Source: an uncultured Cryptobacterium sp. | GTDB lineage: Bacteria > Actinomycetota > Coriobacteriia > Coriobacteriales > Eggerthellaceae | Reading direction: 5' to 3' | Assembly: GCA_958410215.1 (NCBI GenBank) | Contig: CATYOF010000012.1 | Location: 2,238-66,237 of the forward strand | Length of the DNA: 64,000 nt | Shown here: positions 29,354 to 40,926 of the stretch, piece by piece | How the letters are laid out: the number at the start of each line of letters is the position of its first letter | Position numbering within the stretch: position 1 is the stretch's first letter | The notes under the pieces: generated by a model | Told to the model about the DNA's origin: nothing | The model's input: only the letters and a program-made list of their open reading frames with translations | Database searches by the model: none | Translations under genes and position numbers: made by a program

Positions 29354-31288
29354 CTATGGCTCGTTATCAGTGGTTTTAGCATCCTTTTTACCATTATATT
29401 GCCTAAGCACAGCATACACATCTTCAGCAACCTGACTAGGCACGACACCAGTTTGTTTAATTTCTTCCAAGCTTGCCTGTCGCAAAGCCGAAAAAGAGCC
29501 AAATGCTTTAAGAAGAGCCTTTTTACGTTTAGGGCCCATCCCCACCACTTCATCCAAAATACTAGTGGTCATAGCTTTACCGCGAAGTTCACGATGAAAC
29601 GTGATGGCAAAACGATGTGCTTCGTCTCGAACCTGCTTTACCAAATACAAGCTGGGACTTCCACTGGGTAAAACCACCGGGCCACTATCCTGCCAAGGCA
29701 CAAACAGTTCTTCGTCGCGCTTAGCCAGACCACAAACAGGGATATCACCTGCGCCCAGTTCTTCAAGCTGTTTTATGGCAGCAGTTAACTGAGGCTTACC
29801 ACCGTCAACAATAATCAAGTCTGGCTTTTTACCAAAGCGTTCATCCTGAAGCCGATCCGCACAATAGCGACGAGCGAATACTTCGCTCATCATGGCAAAG
29901 TCGTTCGCTTCTTCAGTTTCCATACGTATTTTAAAGCGGCGATATTGGCTTTTATCAGGCCTTCCATTGGTAAACACCACCATGGATGCCACTGAATGAC
30001 GGCCGTGAATGGTAGAAATATCGAAACACTCAATGCGAAGAGGTGGTGCATCCAGCGCCAGCGCACTTTCCAACTGCATAAGAGCTGCATTTATGCGATC
30101 GTCATCGTAGCTACTGCGAGCCTTATAACGCATAAGAACATGACGAGCGTTTTTCTGCGCCATAGCCATAAGCGCATTCTTTTCACCACGCTGGGGAACC
30201 GTAAAACGAACCTTAGCCCCATGGGCGCTTGCCAGCTTTTCGGTAAGCCACGATTCAATAACTTCAGCATCTTCGGGTATTTGCTCTACGATTAATTCAT
30301 GAGGGATAGATTCAGTTGAATCGTAATAGCGCAGTACAAACATACGCAACAATTCCGATTCGGGAACATCTTTTCCCTTATTAAAAATAAATTCATTGGT
30401 GTTAACAATGCGCCCTTCGCGCAAAATTAAAACGGTAACACCCGCGATGGTTTCCTCGCGATAAAACGCAATAACATCGGCATTTAAACGATGAGAAGAC
30501 ACCGCATGTTGGGTATCGGAAAGCGATTTAATGGTATCAATGCGACCCTTAATGCGACCTGCTCGTTCGAAATCAAGCGCTTCGGCAGCCTGCTGCATTT
30601 CCAAGGTAAGTTCTTCGATAAATTCCGAATGTTGACCCGACAAAAAGCGCTCTACCCGCGCTACTTGTTCCTGATACGCCTCCGGCCCCATTTCGCCACA
30701 GCACACCCCAGGTCCTAACCCCACATGGGCATCAAAACAGGGACGTTTCGATAATTCAAGCTCATCGTATGGCGTTTGCTCCAAACGTCGCGTCATACGA
30801 CGCCATTCCGCACACGAAGCCGCACAGATGGGTACCACACGACGGACCGTATCCACTAATTCGCGCGCAGCACGAGAATCGGTATAAGGCCCAAAGTAGC
30901 GCGTTTGGGGCTTGTGCGTTTCACGCGTGTACTTAATAGCAGGAAATACATCCCCTTTGGTAAGTGCAATAAAGGGATAGCTTTTATCATCCTTAAAGTC
31001 AGCGTTGAAATAAGGGGAATATTGTTTAATTAAATTGCGTTCAAGCACCAAACTTTCATGCTCGTTAGCAGTTACGACATATTCAAACGAATCGATTTGC
31101 GAAACCAACAGCGGAATTTTTTCGCGACTGTCCTGAAAGTTAACATACTGACGCATGCGAGCACGCAGTTGCTTCGCCTTGCCCACATATATAACTTCCC
31201 CTTCGGCATTTTTCCAAAGATATACCCCGGGTTCTGTGGGCACGCTTGCAAGCTGATTTTTTATTTCTTGAAGTTTAGCAGCGTTCAC
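29354..31288 (-). CDS. uvrC: Excinuclease ABC subunit C
   Basis: GIY-YIG (PGVY..IYVGKA), DDKSYP, UVR domain, ECFDIS, VDGG..Q, RDEAHRFA, HhH. Confidence 0.96.
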   Translation of the reverse strand: MNAAKLQEIKNQLASVPTEPGVYLWKNAEGEVIYVGKAKQLRARMRQYVNFQDSREKIPLLVSQIDSFEYVVTANEHESLVLERNLIKQYSPYFNADFKDDKSYPFIALTKGDVFPAIKYTRETHKPQTRYFGPYTDSRAARELVDTVRRVVPICAASCAEWRRMTRRLEQTPYDELELSKRPCFDAHVGLGPGVCCGEMGPEAYQEQVARVERFLSGQHSEFIEELTLEMQQAAEALDFERAGRIKGRIDTIKSLSDTQHAVSSHRLNADVIAFYREETIAGVTVLILREGRIVNTNEFIFNKGKDVPESELLRMFVLRYYDSTESIPHELIVEQIPEDAEVIESWLTEKLASAHGAKVRFTVPQRGEKNALMAMAQKNARHVLMRYKARSSYDDDRINAALMQLESALALDAPPLRIECFDISTIHGRHSVASMVVFTNGRPDKSQYRRFKIRMETEEANDFAMMSEVFARRYCADRLQDERFGKKPDLIIVDGGKPQLTAAIKQLEELGAGDIPVCGLAKRDEELFVPWQDSGPVVLPSGSPSLYLVKQVRDEAHRFAITFHRELRGKAMTTSILDEVVGMGPKRKKALLKAFGSFSALRQASLEEIKQTGVVPSQVAEDVYAVLRQYNGKKDAKTTDNEP

Positions 31289-31289
31289 C

Positions 31290-33338
31290 TTAAACCTGAT
31301 CTTCCACGTCCATCAACATGAGCATGGTGTTATCGCGCATTTCTTTTGCCTGAGCACGCGTTAAATCGCCTGATGCATAGAAGTCTTGAATTACCTCAAG
31401 CTCAAGTTGCAAACCCCGTCTTTGGATGTCACTGGTGCTTACCATAACATTTTCTACAGCCTCTGAAGTAACCGTAGCATCGTTTGATTCTTCGAGCACC
31501 GCCAAAGCGCGTTCGTGCCTAATAAGCAAACGTGCTACTTCATCACTGGGGTAACGAGGGTCGTCAACCAAGGAACGAAGGAATTCAACTGCATACTGTT
31601 CGCTCATTACGCGCGCCTTATCTATGGCCGCCTTGTCTTCATCGCGACTAAACGGAAGCGAACTCAAAATACCGTGTTTGATAAGCGACACCCAATTGCG
31701 CAACCTGCCTAAACTATACTTCGCAATAAGTGAAGGACCTTTTTCATGCGCTATCAGGCTTTTATGACGCGAGAGCGCATCAATAACACGATAGACCGCA
31801 TAGGGTTCTAGTTCTTTGCGCTTTGCCGCTTCGTAGAGCTTTTGCGCTTGATGTTCAATTACTTCAAACGTTAATTTAGGAGAAGGCGGAGCATCTTCAA
31901 GGGTGTTACTCATCGATCGAATGTTGCGAATGCGCTGGTTGTACGACTTAATAACCTGCTTTGTTTCGCGATCGTTTTCGTCGGTCGAATCCGCCATTAA
32001 ACGTTCGATAACGGTACGAAGAATTTCAATACGGGTTCGTTCGTAGTCAGCCACTTCTTCTTCATCAATTTCTTTTTCATTTTTCGGAGCCAAAATAGGC
32101 AACAAGAAATTAGCGAGCAAAAGCGTGCATACGATAACGCCCGAAGCAAGGAAGATGATAAGAGAACGCTGCGGGAATGGCTCGCCCGAACCCACGAAAA
32201 ACGGAATCGAAAACGCGATGGATAAGGTAATAGCACCTTTGGGACCACCAATGGTGGTGATCAAGGCATCCTTAACGGTTTTCTTATTAAATTTATCTCG
32301 CTTGCCGGTTAGAGGATTTCTGAACAGGCGCGCCATGAGTAAGGCCCACGCAAAACGAAGCCCCACAATAAGCGCCGTAAGAATAAGCACATATCCGATA
32401 AGATCAAAGTTATCGATATACACATTGTCCCACGTTGATTGCATAGCATTGGGAAGCTGGATACCCAAAAGAACAAACACAATGCCATTTAAGGTAAAGC
32501 TGATTACCTTCCACACACTGGAAAGAGCAATGTTTAATCGCGAATGATAGGGCGAGATACGCTGATCACGTAAAAGCGACCACACAATACCACAAGCTAC
32601 AACGCCTAAAATACCCGATACATGCAAGGTTTCTGCGATAAGAAACACAATAAAGGGCATGGAAACTTCTAGGAACACATGAAACGTAATGTTTTCCAAA
32701 CCCATATCACGTACGCGATGGGCAAGAAACGCGAATATCAGTGCAAGCAGAATTCCTAGAACAATGCCACCAAAGAAGGTAAAAGCGAAAGACGTAGCCG
32801 CATCGGCCAACGAAAAGAATCCTGTAACTGCTGCCGCAATGGCAAACTGAAAAGAAACTACACCGGAAGCATCATTGATCAGCGCTTCGCCTTGCAAAAT
32901 AGCATTTTCCCTTTTACCAACCTGCGCTTCGCGCTTCAAGGCAGCAACTGCCACCGCATCGGTAGGACCTAACGCAGCACCAAGCGCAAAAGCTGCTGCC
33001 AGAGGGATTGAAGGCACGAGCCAATGCAGCACAAAGCCAACACACAGCACAATTAACAACACAAGGCCTATGGCGTAAGAAACAATAATGCCTTTGTTGT
33101 CCCATAAACTTTTTTTGTTCGCCTCAATGGAGTCATGGAATAACAAGGGCGCAATAAACAGAATAAGGAATAATTCTGGGTCAATCGAAACATGAATGGG
33201 CGATATGGCTAAAAACGCAATTATTACGCCCAGTCCAATTTGAATTAAAGGAGAAGAAATTCGAGGTACTACCTGATCCAATACCGAAGAAAGCAAGACT
33301 GCAACCATTAACAATAAAATGAGCTCAAATGCTTCCAC
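31290..33338 (-). CDS. CPA1 family Na+/H+ antiporter with long cytoplasmic C-terminus
   Basis: PLLF, LGPTDAVAV, GEALINDASG, SGILGVV, ~12 TMs. Confidence 0.9.
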   Translation of the reverse strand: MEAFELILLLMVAVLLSSVLDQVVPRISSPLIQIGLGVIIAFLAISPIHVSIDPELFLILFIAPLLFHDSIEANKKSLWDNKGIIVSYAIGLVLLIVLCVGFVLHWLVPSIPLAAAFALGAALGPTDAVAVAALKREAQVGKRENAILQGEALINDASGVVSFQFAIAAAVTGFFSLADAATSFAFTFFGGIVLGILLALIFAFLAHRVRDMGLENITFHVFLEVSMPFIVFLIAETLHVSGILGVVACGIVWSLLRDQRISPYHSRLNIALSSVWKVISFTLNGIVFVLLGIQLPNAMQSTWDNVYIDNFDLIGYVLILTALIVGLRFAWALLMARLFRNPLTGKRDKFNKKTVKDALITTIGGPKGAITLSIAFSIPFFVGSGEPFPQRSLIIFLASGVIVCTLLLANFLLPILAPKNEKEIDEEEVADYERTRIEILRTVIERLMADSTDENDRETKQVIKSYNQRIRNIRSMSNTLEDAPPSPKLTFEVIEHQAQKLYEAAKRKELEPYAVYRVIDALSRHKSLIAHEKGPSLIAKYSLGRLRNWVSLIKHGILSSLPFSRDEDKAAIDKARVMSEQYAVEFLRSLVDDPRYPSDEVARLLIRHERALAVLEESNDATVTSEAVENVMVSTSDIQRRGLQLELEVIQDFYASGDLTRAQAKEMRDNTMLMLMDVEDQV

Positions 33339-33534
33339 TAATCAGGCTCCTTACCACATAAAGGCTACTCATTGATGCGCTGTATAACCGCCTTATTTCC
33401 ACTCTTTCAGAAGATATATTATCTACAAAATGCCCCTATATAAGAAGCATTTTGACACTAACTACGACAACTTCATAACTAAAGAGGAATAACGTTCTGT
33501 GGTACGATTTCTTAAAATATTTGCGTTTTAGGTA

Positions 33535-33562
33535 TTGCATGAAACGTAAAAGCATGTAAAAT
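33535..33562 (+). promoter_or_regulatory. Sigma-70-type promoter of tRNA-His
   Basis: TTGCAT-16-TAAAAT. Confidence 0.55.
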
Positions 33563-33578
33563 ACTTTCTTGCGCTTAT

Positions 33579-33656
33579 GGTGGCTATAGTTCAGTTGGCT
33601 AGAATGCCAGATTGTGGCTCTGGAGGTCGTCGGTTCGAGTCCGATTAGCCACCCCA
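33579..33656 (+). tRNA. tRNA-His (GTG)
   Basis: G(-1)GTGGCTA...TAGCCAC-C-CCA, anticodon loop TTGTGGC. Confidence 0.96.
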
Positions 33657-33686
33657 GCGCAACTTGAAAAATAAGCAAAATTTTTC

Positions 33687-33715
33687 TTGCAAATAGAAAT
33701 TGGTTGCTTTAAAAT
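33687..33715 (+). promoter_or_regulatory. Sigma-70-type promoter of tRNA-Lys
   Basis: TTGCAA-17-TAAAAT. Confidence 0.6.
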
Positions 33716-33756
33716 AGCCTAGCGCTTTGACGCAAATCGTTTTTACGAAACCATTT

Positions 33757-33832
33757 GGACCGTTAGCTTAGTTGGTAGAGCAGGGGACTCTTAATCCCAA
33801 GGTCCGGGGTTCGAGTCCCCGACGGTCCACCA
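33757..33832 (+). tRNA. tRNA-Lys (CTT)
   Basis: GGACCGT...ACGGTCC-ACCA, anticodon loop CTCTTAA. Confidence 0.96.
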
Positions 33833-33842
33833 TTGAATCTTC

Positions 33843-33865
33843 GCTCCCCTTTCGGGAGCTTTTTT
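33843..33865 (+). terminator. Intrinsic terminator after tRNA-Lys
   Basis: GCTCCC-CTTTC-GGGAGC followed by T6. Confidence 0.75.
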
Positions 33866-34046
33866 ATTGTCGAAATTTAGACTTTTTCCTGAAATTCGGA
33901 CTTTTTTCTCAAAAATCAGGGGTACCCTGCAGAAAATCCTTAGTTGTGAGAGGTTCAATATCTTTGGTGTATAGCGCTTTTGCTCCTCTCGGCAAGTTCA
34001 AGCGCGGTGTTTGCTATTATCGTAGTGTTACCCGACAGGAGGAATA

Positions 34047-34976
34047 ATGCTTGGATCCACCCTCATATTGGTAAACCCTGCCGCACGAAGTGGCAAAGCC
34101 TCTGAAGTAGCCGCTCAAACAGCAAGCGTACTCGATCAATTAAAAGCACATTCACCTCAGGAACTTACCAGCTATTCATTTCATTACACTATTGCTCCTC
34201 ATGATGCTACTTCGTTTATTCAACAAGAAGGTGCACAGTACGACACGATTATTGCCGTCGGGGGTGACGGTATTGTTAACGAAGTCATTAATGGGCTTAT
34301 GGCTATTCCTGCAGCTAATCGACCTCGCTTCGGTCTAATCCCCTGCGGAAATGGCGATGATTTTGCTCGCAGCATCCACATGGATCGCAACCCCGCCCAA
34401 TCGCTTCAGCAGTTCGCTACACGCACGCTCACGCCAAAACGCATAGATGTAGGACGAGCAAATACCCAGTGGTTTGCAGAAACTCTATCGTTTGGGTTGG
34501 ATGCAGCTATAGCGCTTGGAACCCAAGAGCTTCGTACCAAAACAAAGCGTACGGGCACCAGCCTTTATGTGCAATGCGGTATAGATCAGTTAAGGAACCA
34601 TCGCGATATCCACGAAGTAACCATGACTCTCGATGGTGGCGCTCCCCAATCAATTGCCTGCTATATGCTCGCTATACAAAACGGCATGAGCTATGGGGGC
34701 GGCTTTAAAGTATGTCCTCAAGCACGTCTTAATGATGGCCTGCTTGATATCTGCTACGCTACCCCGCCACTTTCATTTATGGCAGCAACTACGCTGTTTC
34801 TTAAGGCAAAAGATGGCAAGCACATACACGACCAACATATTCATTTTGAAACCGCAAAACGAATCGAATTATCCTTCAAACATGCCTTGCCTTCACAAAT
34901 TGATGGCGAAAAGTTCGATGATACCGAAGTGGTAATTGAAACATTCCCCGGTGAGCTTGAAGTTCTTATGCCTTAG
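34047..34976 (+). CDS. Diacylglycerol/lipid kinase family protein (YegS/DgkB-like)
   Basis: VNPAA, GGDG..NEV.NG, P.GNGDDFAR, GLDA, YGGG, DGE. Confidence 0.9.
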   Translation: MLGSTLILVNPAARSGKASEVAAQTASVLDQLKAHSPQELTSYSFHYTIAPHDATSFIQQEGAQYDTIIAVGGDGIVNEVINGLMAIPAANRPRFGLIPCGNGDDFARSIHMDRNPAQSLQQFATRTLTPKRIDVGRANTQWFAETLSFGLDAAIALGTQELRTKTKRTGTSLYVQCGIDQLRNHRDIHEVTMTLDGGAPQSIACYMLAIQNGMSYGGGFKVCPQARLNDGLLDICYATPPLSFMAATTLFLKAKDGKHIHDQHIHFETAKRIELSFKHALPSQIDGEKFDDTEVVIETFPGELEVLMP

Positions 34977-35041
34977 CGAACTCGATTTGCCTTAACGAAC
35001 CCGAAATTCTACTGTTTTATCGAACTCGGAGTGTAACTTCC

Positions 35042-36103
35042 CTACCACAAACGTCGATATACCAACGCACCCGCATCATTGACCGTGCGTGAAAGCAAAC
35101 CAAGATCAAGCATATATTCCAAGGTGCCAAATATCGTAGCAATGCGGTTTATTTGCGTAGAAATAGGAAATCCTTCAAGACCTTTTGGATAGTGAGCAGC
35201 ACCCAAAATAGCCGCCTGACGTACCGTAAGCTCATCGTCGTTTTCAAACAGCTTGCGCGCACGAATTACCAGCGTCTCGTAACGTCCTTCAAGCATCGAA
35301 ATAAACCGATTGATCTCAAACGAACCTAACAATGGGTTATGGTGGCACATATACACCGCCTGCAAGTTAAGTGCTTTGAGCTGTGCAAGGCTTTCCAAAT
35401 ACCTCGAAATAAGATGTTCATTTGCGGCATACTGCATACAACCAGGTGGAGCGTAGCAAATATGATCACCCGCAAACAATATCTTTTTATTGCGATCAAG
35501 AAGACATAGATGATTGGAAGTGTGACCAGGGGTTAAAAGGGCTTCAAAATGGTATCCCGCAAGAGAAATTACTTCCCCACCGTGCAATTCAACACGCGTG
35601 CCTTGGGTTAGAACCTGAGCTTTTTTGCCTGAAGCAACAAGACGAATAAAAGAAGCTGCAGATTCGCTATCCAAATCAGTCGAAGCACTTTGCACAAAGA
35701 AGGTTTTCATTAACGCTTCAGAGTCAACCTGGGTAGGCCCTGAATAGAGCGTCTTTGCCCCTTTATGAACACAGTACAGCAGGTTTCCATCATGATCATC
35801 ATGAAAGTGAGATAAAAAAACTTCTGTTTGGTTCCAAGGCACATGGAGAATACGCTCTACCCCATCAAGTGCTTCCGTACCACACAGATCGGGATGTCCG
35901 GTGTCAAAAATAAGAGCACGACTCCTTGGTTCTGCAATGCAATACAACTCTATGCGTTTGCAAAAAGGAAAACCCACTACATCAAAACTGCTTCGATATA
36001 TATGCGATCTGAAAGGATAGCGCAGGGGAACCTCTTCAAGTACGCGTATAGCCTTGTAAGTAACACCTGGCCATCGGTACTCCGGTTCAAAATCCATGCT
36101 CAT
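35042..36103 (-). CDS. MBL-fold metallo-hydrolase
   Basis: DTG, SHFHDDH (HxHxDH), TPGHT..H, GDH; start 36103 or 36097. Confidence 0.85.
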   Translation of the reverse strand: MSMDFEPEYRWPGVTYKAIRVLEEVPLRYPFRSHIYRSSFDVVGFPFCKRIELYCIAEPRSRALIFDTGHPDLCGTEALDGVERILHVPWNQTEVFLSHFHDDHDGNLLYCVHKGAKTLYSGPTQVDSEALMKTFFVQSASTDLDSESAASFIRLVASGKKAQVLTQGTRVELHGGEVISLAGYHFEALLTPGHTSNHLCLLDRNKKILFAGDHICYAPPGCMQYAANEHLISRYLESLAQLKALNLQAVYMCHHNPLLGSFEINRFISMLEGRYETLVIRARKLFENDDELTVRQAAILGAAHYPKGLEGFPISTQINRIATIFGTLEYMLDLGLLSRTVNDAGALVYRRLW

Positions 36104-36327
36104 ATCCTTCCTCATTGTGTGAAACTTTCTCGTATCTGCTTAGGTGCCCTACGGTGCTAAAGCATTAAACAGGAAAAGCAGTATCTAAAGTGTTGTTTAA
36201 GCGTAAGCGGCTTAGTTATTGCTACCCTTTGATCTATGTAAACAAACAAACTATTCTGTTGCTGAATCAGCAACACTTTTGATAATAGCGCAATCAGCCC
36301 TTTAAAAGAAAATATGGCCTAAATGAG

Positions 36328-36358
36328 CAAAAGGCCCAAGAGTCTCTTGAGCCTTTTG
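36328..36358 (-). terminator. Intrinsic terminator after gdhA
   Basis: CAAAAGGCTCAAGAG-A-CTCTTGGGCCTTTTG on the minus strand. Confidence 0.7.
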
Positions 36359-36415
36359 ACTTTTTAAAAATTAACGCAGAGTTTGCTTACGAATTGTGAG
36401 CCCACAAAATATGGC

Positions 36416-37768
<1,353 letters not shown>

Positions 37769-37951
37769 TCAACGTTCAGTATGGTATCAAAGAGAAGTAC
37801 TTTATTTAAATAAAGCCACCCCTCGTTAACATGTTCGAAACAAACAATCGGGGGATGGCTTAAAACATCGGATAACTGTAATGAAGCGATATACGGCTGC
37901 CTTGTATGCTAGGCCAAGAGCGATAGATCGGCTGCTGGTAGCAAATAAAAG

Positions 37952-39667
37952 CTACATACGCTCTGGTGCCGAAACACCCAAAAGGTTAAGCGTGAGGGCC
38001 AAAACAATACGAGCAGAATCAGCCAAAGCAAGACGAGCCTGTTCGATTTCTTCACCTTCACCAATAACACGGCAATTCGTATAGAACGAATGGAACAGCG
38101 AAGCTAGGTCCTGCGCATAGTGAGTCAAACGGAATGGCGCACGGTCGCGTGCTGCACCTGCAATTAAATCCGTGAAATCGGCCATCTTGCGCATAAGATC
38201 CAGTTCGCTTTCGTGTGTTAACACAGTAAGGTTTGCTGAATCAATATGCAACGCCTCTACCAAATCGGCAACCGTTGCCCCTTCGGTATCGATTCCACGA
38301 GCTTGCGCCGCTTTGCGCAAAATAGAGCAAATACGAGCATGGGCGTACTGCACGTAGTACACCGGGTTTGAAGCATCCTTTTTCTTTGCTACTTCAATAT
38401 CGAAATCAATGGATTGATCGGAAGACTTGGATAACATCATATAGCGCGTTGCATCAACGCCTACTTCATCAATTAATTCACGGAAGGTAATCATTTCACC
38501 TGTTCGCTTAGACATGCGAACCTGCTGACCATCACGGAACAGCGTTACTAGCTGACCAAGCACCACTTCCAGAGCATCAGGATAACCCCACGCCGCCATC
38601 ATTGCCTGACAGCGAGGAATATAACCATGATGGTCTGCACCCCAGATATCAATGAGATGATCGTAACCACGTTGCATCTTGTCATAGTGATAGGCCACAT
38701 CAGACATGAAGTACGTCAACTCGCCATTTGTCTTAATTAAGACGCGATCTTTTTCATCGCCAAAGGCAGTGGAGCGGAAATAGGTTGCCCCATCCTGTTC
38801 AAAAATATAGCCACGTTCTTTCATGACTTCAAAAGCACGATCTACCTTTGTTTTGCCTTCCTCATCAGGCACAAATAGAGAACGCTCAGAAAACCAGGTG
38901 TCAAAATGATTGCCAAAAATTTCCAACGTTTCTTTCACGTTGTCCATCATGGCCTTATAGCCCATTTCACGAAACTCATGACGACGAGTATCGGGATCAA
39001 CCGAAAGCCACTTATCACCATCACGGTCAATAATGTGCTGGGCAAGTTCTTTTACGTAGCCACCACCATACGATGCCTCGGGCATTTCAACATCCTGCCC
39101 TAAGGCCTGCTGATAGCGCACCACCAAAGAATCAGCAAACACATTCATCTGATTTCCCTGGTCATTGATGTAAAACTCTTCATCTACCTCATAACCAGCA
39201 TGACGCATAACACGCGCAATAGCATCGCCTAAAGCTGCCCAACGACCATGACCTACATGCATAGGTCCTGTTGGATTAGCCGAAACGTATTCCAAATCCA
39301 CCTTACAAGGCTCAGGAAGACTTGATTTGCCATAGGCGCTTCCCTGCTCGCGAACTTCGGTGATAACCTTTTGAAATACCGAATTTGCAAGCGTAAGGTT
39401 AATAAAGCCAGGACCTGCAATTTCAACCGTTTCAATAAGATCGTTTTCGGGAAGATGATCCACCAAAATTTGCGCAATTTGACGAGGACTCATACGAGCT
39501 GCTTTTGCAAGACGCATCGCAATAGTGCAAGCCCAATCGCCATGACCTTCTTCGCGAGGGCGTTCTAGGGTAGGTACCGGAACTTCATCTAAAGGCAATT
39601 CGCCTGCTTGAACAGCTGAAGTAAGAGCGTTGTGTAATACCACCTCTAAAGATTCACGAATGGTCAT
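37952..39667 (-). CDS. argS: Arginine--tRNA ligase
   Basis: SANPTGPMHVGH, GADHHGY, MSKRTG, YVQYAHAR, SAPERM. Confidence 0.97.
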   Translation of the reverse strand: MTIRESLEVVLHNALTSAVQAGELPLDEVPVPTLERPREEGHGDWACTIAMRLAKAARMSPRQIAQILVDHLPENDLIETVEIAGPGFINLTLANSVFQKVITEVREQGSAYGKSSLPEPCKVDLEYVSANPTGPMHVGHGRWAALGDAIARVMRHAGYEVDEEFYINDQGNQMNVFADSLVVRYQQALGQDVEMPEASYGGGYVKELAQHIIDRDGDKWLSVDPDTRRHEFREMGYKAMMDNVKETLEIFGNHFDTWFSERSLFVPDEEGKTKVDRAFEVMKERGYIFEQDGATYFRSTAFGDEKDRVLIKTNGELTYFMSDVAYHYDKMQRGYDHLIDIWGADHHGYIPRCQAMMAAWGYPDALEVVLGQLVTLFRDGQQVRMSKRTGEMITFRELIDEVGVDATRYMMLSKSSDQSIDFDIEVAKKKDASNPVYYVQYAHARICSILRKAAQARGIDTEGATVADLVEALHIDSANLTVLTHESELDLMRKMADFTDLIAGAARDRAPFRLTHYAQDLASLFHSFYTNCRVIGEGEEIEQARLALADSARIVLALTLNLLGVSAPERM

Positions 39668-39795
39668 GAATATTCCTTCCTACCTTTATACCCAAAGAAC
39701 TCCCCATGCAGCTTTTCACACAGGGAGATCTAGAGAAATCAAATCTATTTGTGAGCGGTTGTGATTGTAACATGCCTTGCGCTTAAATACGTGTT

Positions 39796-40644
39796 TTACT
39801 GTGCTCGTTCCTTGATATACCTATCGCATTCTTCAGTTACATACGCGCGAAGCTTATCAAGTAACGCTTCATCTTTGCCACCTACAGGAGTACCATCAAT
39901 GGATTGGATAGGCAAACAAAGTGTACTGGATGAACTTACAATTACCTCATCTGCGTCTTTCAATTCATCAAGCGTAAACAGCTTTTCGACAACCGGAATT
40001 TCCAAGGCCATGCACGCTTGAATTAAATGCTTTCTAGCAATACCGGGAAGAATATGATTATCGGCAGGATGGGTAACAAAACAGCCATCTTTAAGCATCT
40101 GTACGTTGCTGTGCGCGCATTCGGTTACATACCCATCACGAACAAAAACTGCCTCGTAGCAGTCCGCTTCCTTGGTGCGCTGCGCCGCTATAACATTAGG
40201 AAGCAAATTCAGCGTTTTCGTATTGCACATCTGAAAGCGCACATCTTCCACACTGATAAGATCTTGCCTATCGTAGAGATCTTCCATACTGTCCGGAACA
40301 ATCATGATCCATAAATTAGCAGGTCCCTCGCAGAAATAATGGTGACGATAATCCGTCCCGCGTGTTACCTGCCAGTACACAAAGTTCACCGGAGCATCCA
40401 CCTTGGCAAGCAAGTCGGTTAAAAGAACTTTCAAATCTTCCTTGGTAATTCCCGGGTCAATTTCCACATTGGCGCAGCTATTAAAGAAGCGATCAATATG
40501 ATCTTCTGCAAACAGTACTACCCCATCAATACCCATGGTTGCGTCATACACGCCATCGCCATAGAAAGAAACACGATCCAAAAAGGGAACCTTCATATCC
40601 TCAAGTGGACCGAACTCACCGTTGTAATATCCTAAGCGTTCCAT
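39796..40644 (-). CDS. dat: D-amino acid aminotransferase (PLP fold IV)
   Basis: DR..YGDGVYD, RG..RHH, TKTLNLLPN (PLP Lys), ILPGI.R. Confidence 0.8.
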   Translation of the reverse strand: MERLGYYNGEFGPLEDMKVPFLDRVSFYGDGVYDATMGIDGVVLFAEDHIDRFFNSCANVEIDPGITKEDLKVLLTDLLAKVDAPVNFVYWQVTRGTDYRHHYFCEGPANLWIMIVPDSMEDLYDRQDLISVEDVRFQMCNTKTLNLLPNVIAAQRTKEADCYEAVFVRDGYVTECAHSNVQMLKDGCFVTHPADNHILPGIARKHLIQACMALEIPVVEKLFTLDELKDADEVIVSSSSTLCLPIQSIDGTPVGGKDEALLDKLRAYVTEECDRYIKERAQ

Positions 40645-40710
40645 AAGGTTTATCTCCTTAATGCATAGAGCAGATTGAATGAGCGTTTATGACTACCTTT
40701 GTTTTGGTTT

Positions 40711-40922
40711 ATAAGTTTATATGTATCCAAGCTACTCCAGATAGTAAAGGTTTTGAGGCACTCTGAACACCACTTACCCCCGCACGTTCTTTAGAACGTG
40801 CTTTATTGTGCATGAAGCAGTGCAGCGTACGAACCGATAAGCAAAAAAGCTTATCGGTGAGCAGCGAAACGGGTGCTAGAAAATCTTTACTATTTGGAGT
40901 AGCTTGGGCAAATAAGCTCTAT
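40711..40922 (+). other. Long inverted-repeat/multibranch structured element (candidate ncRNA or MITE)
   Basis: 40726-40763 pairs with 40871-40908 (31 WC, 5 G-U, 2 mismatches); internal perfect hairpins at 40782-40801 and 40833-40858. Confidence 0.7.
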
Positions 40923-40926
40923 CGAC

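Noticed and set aside
33436..34047. ORFs 33436-33678 (-) and 33772-34047 (+)
   Set aside because: They overlap tRNA-His/tRNA-Lys and their promoters or terminator
39668..39795. T-box leader for argS
   Set aside because: Intergenic region is only ~128 nt and has no T-box antiterminator consensus
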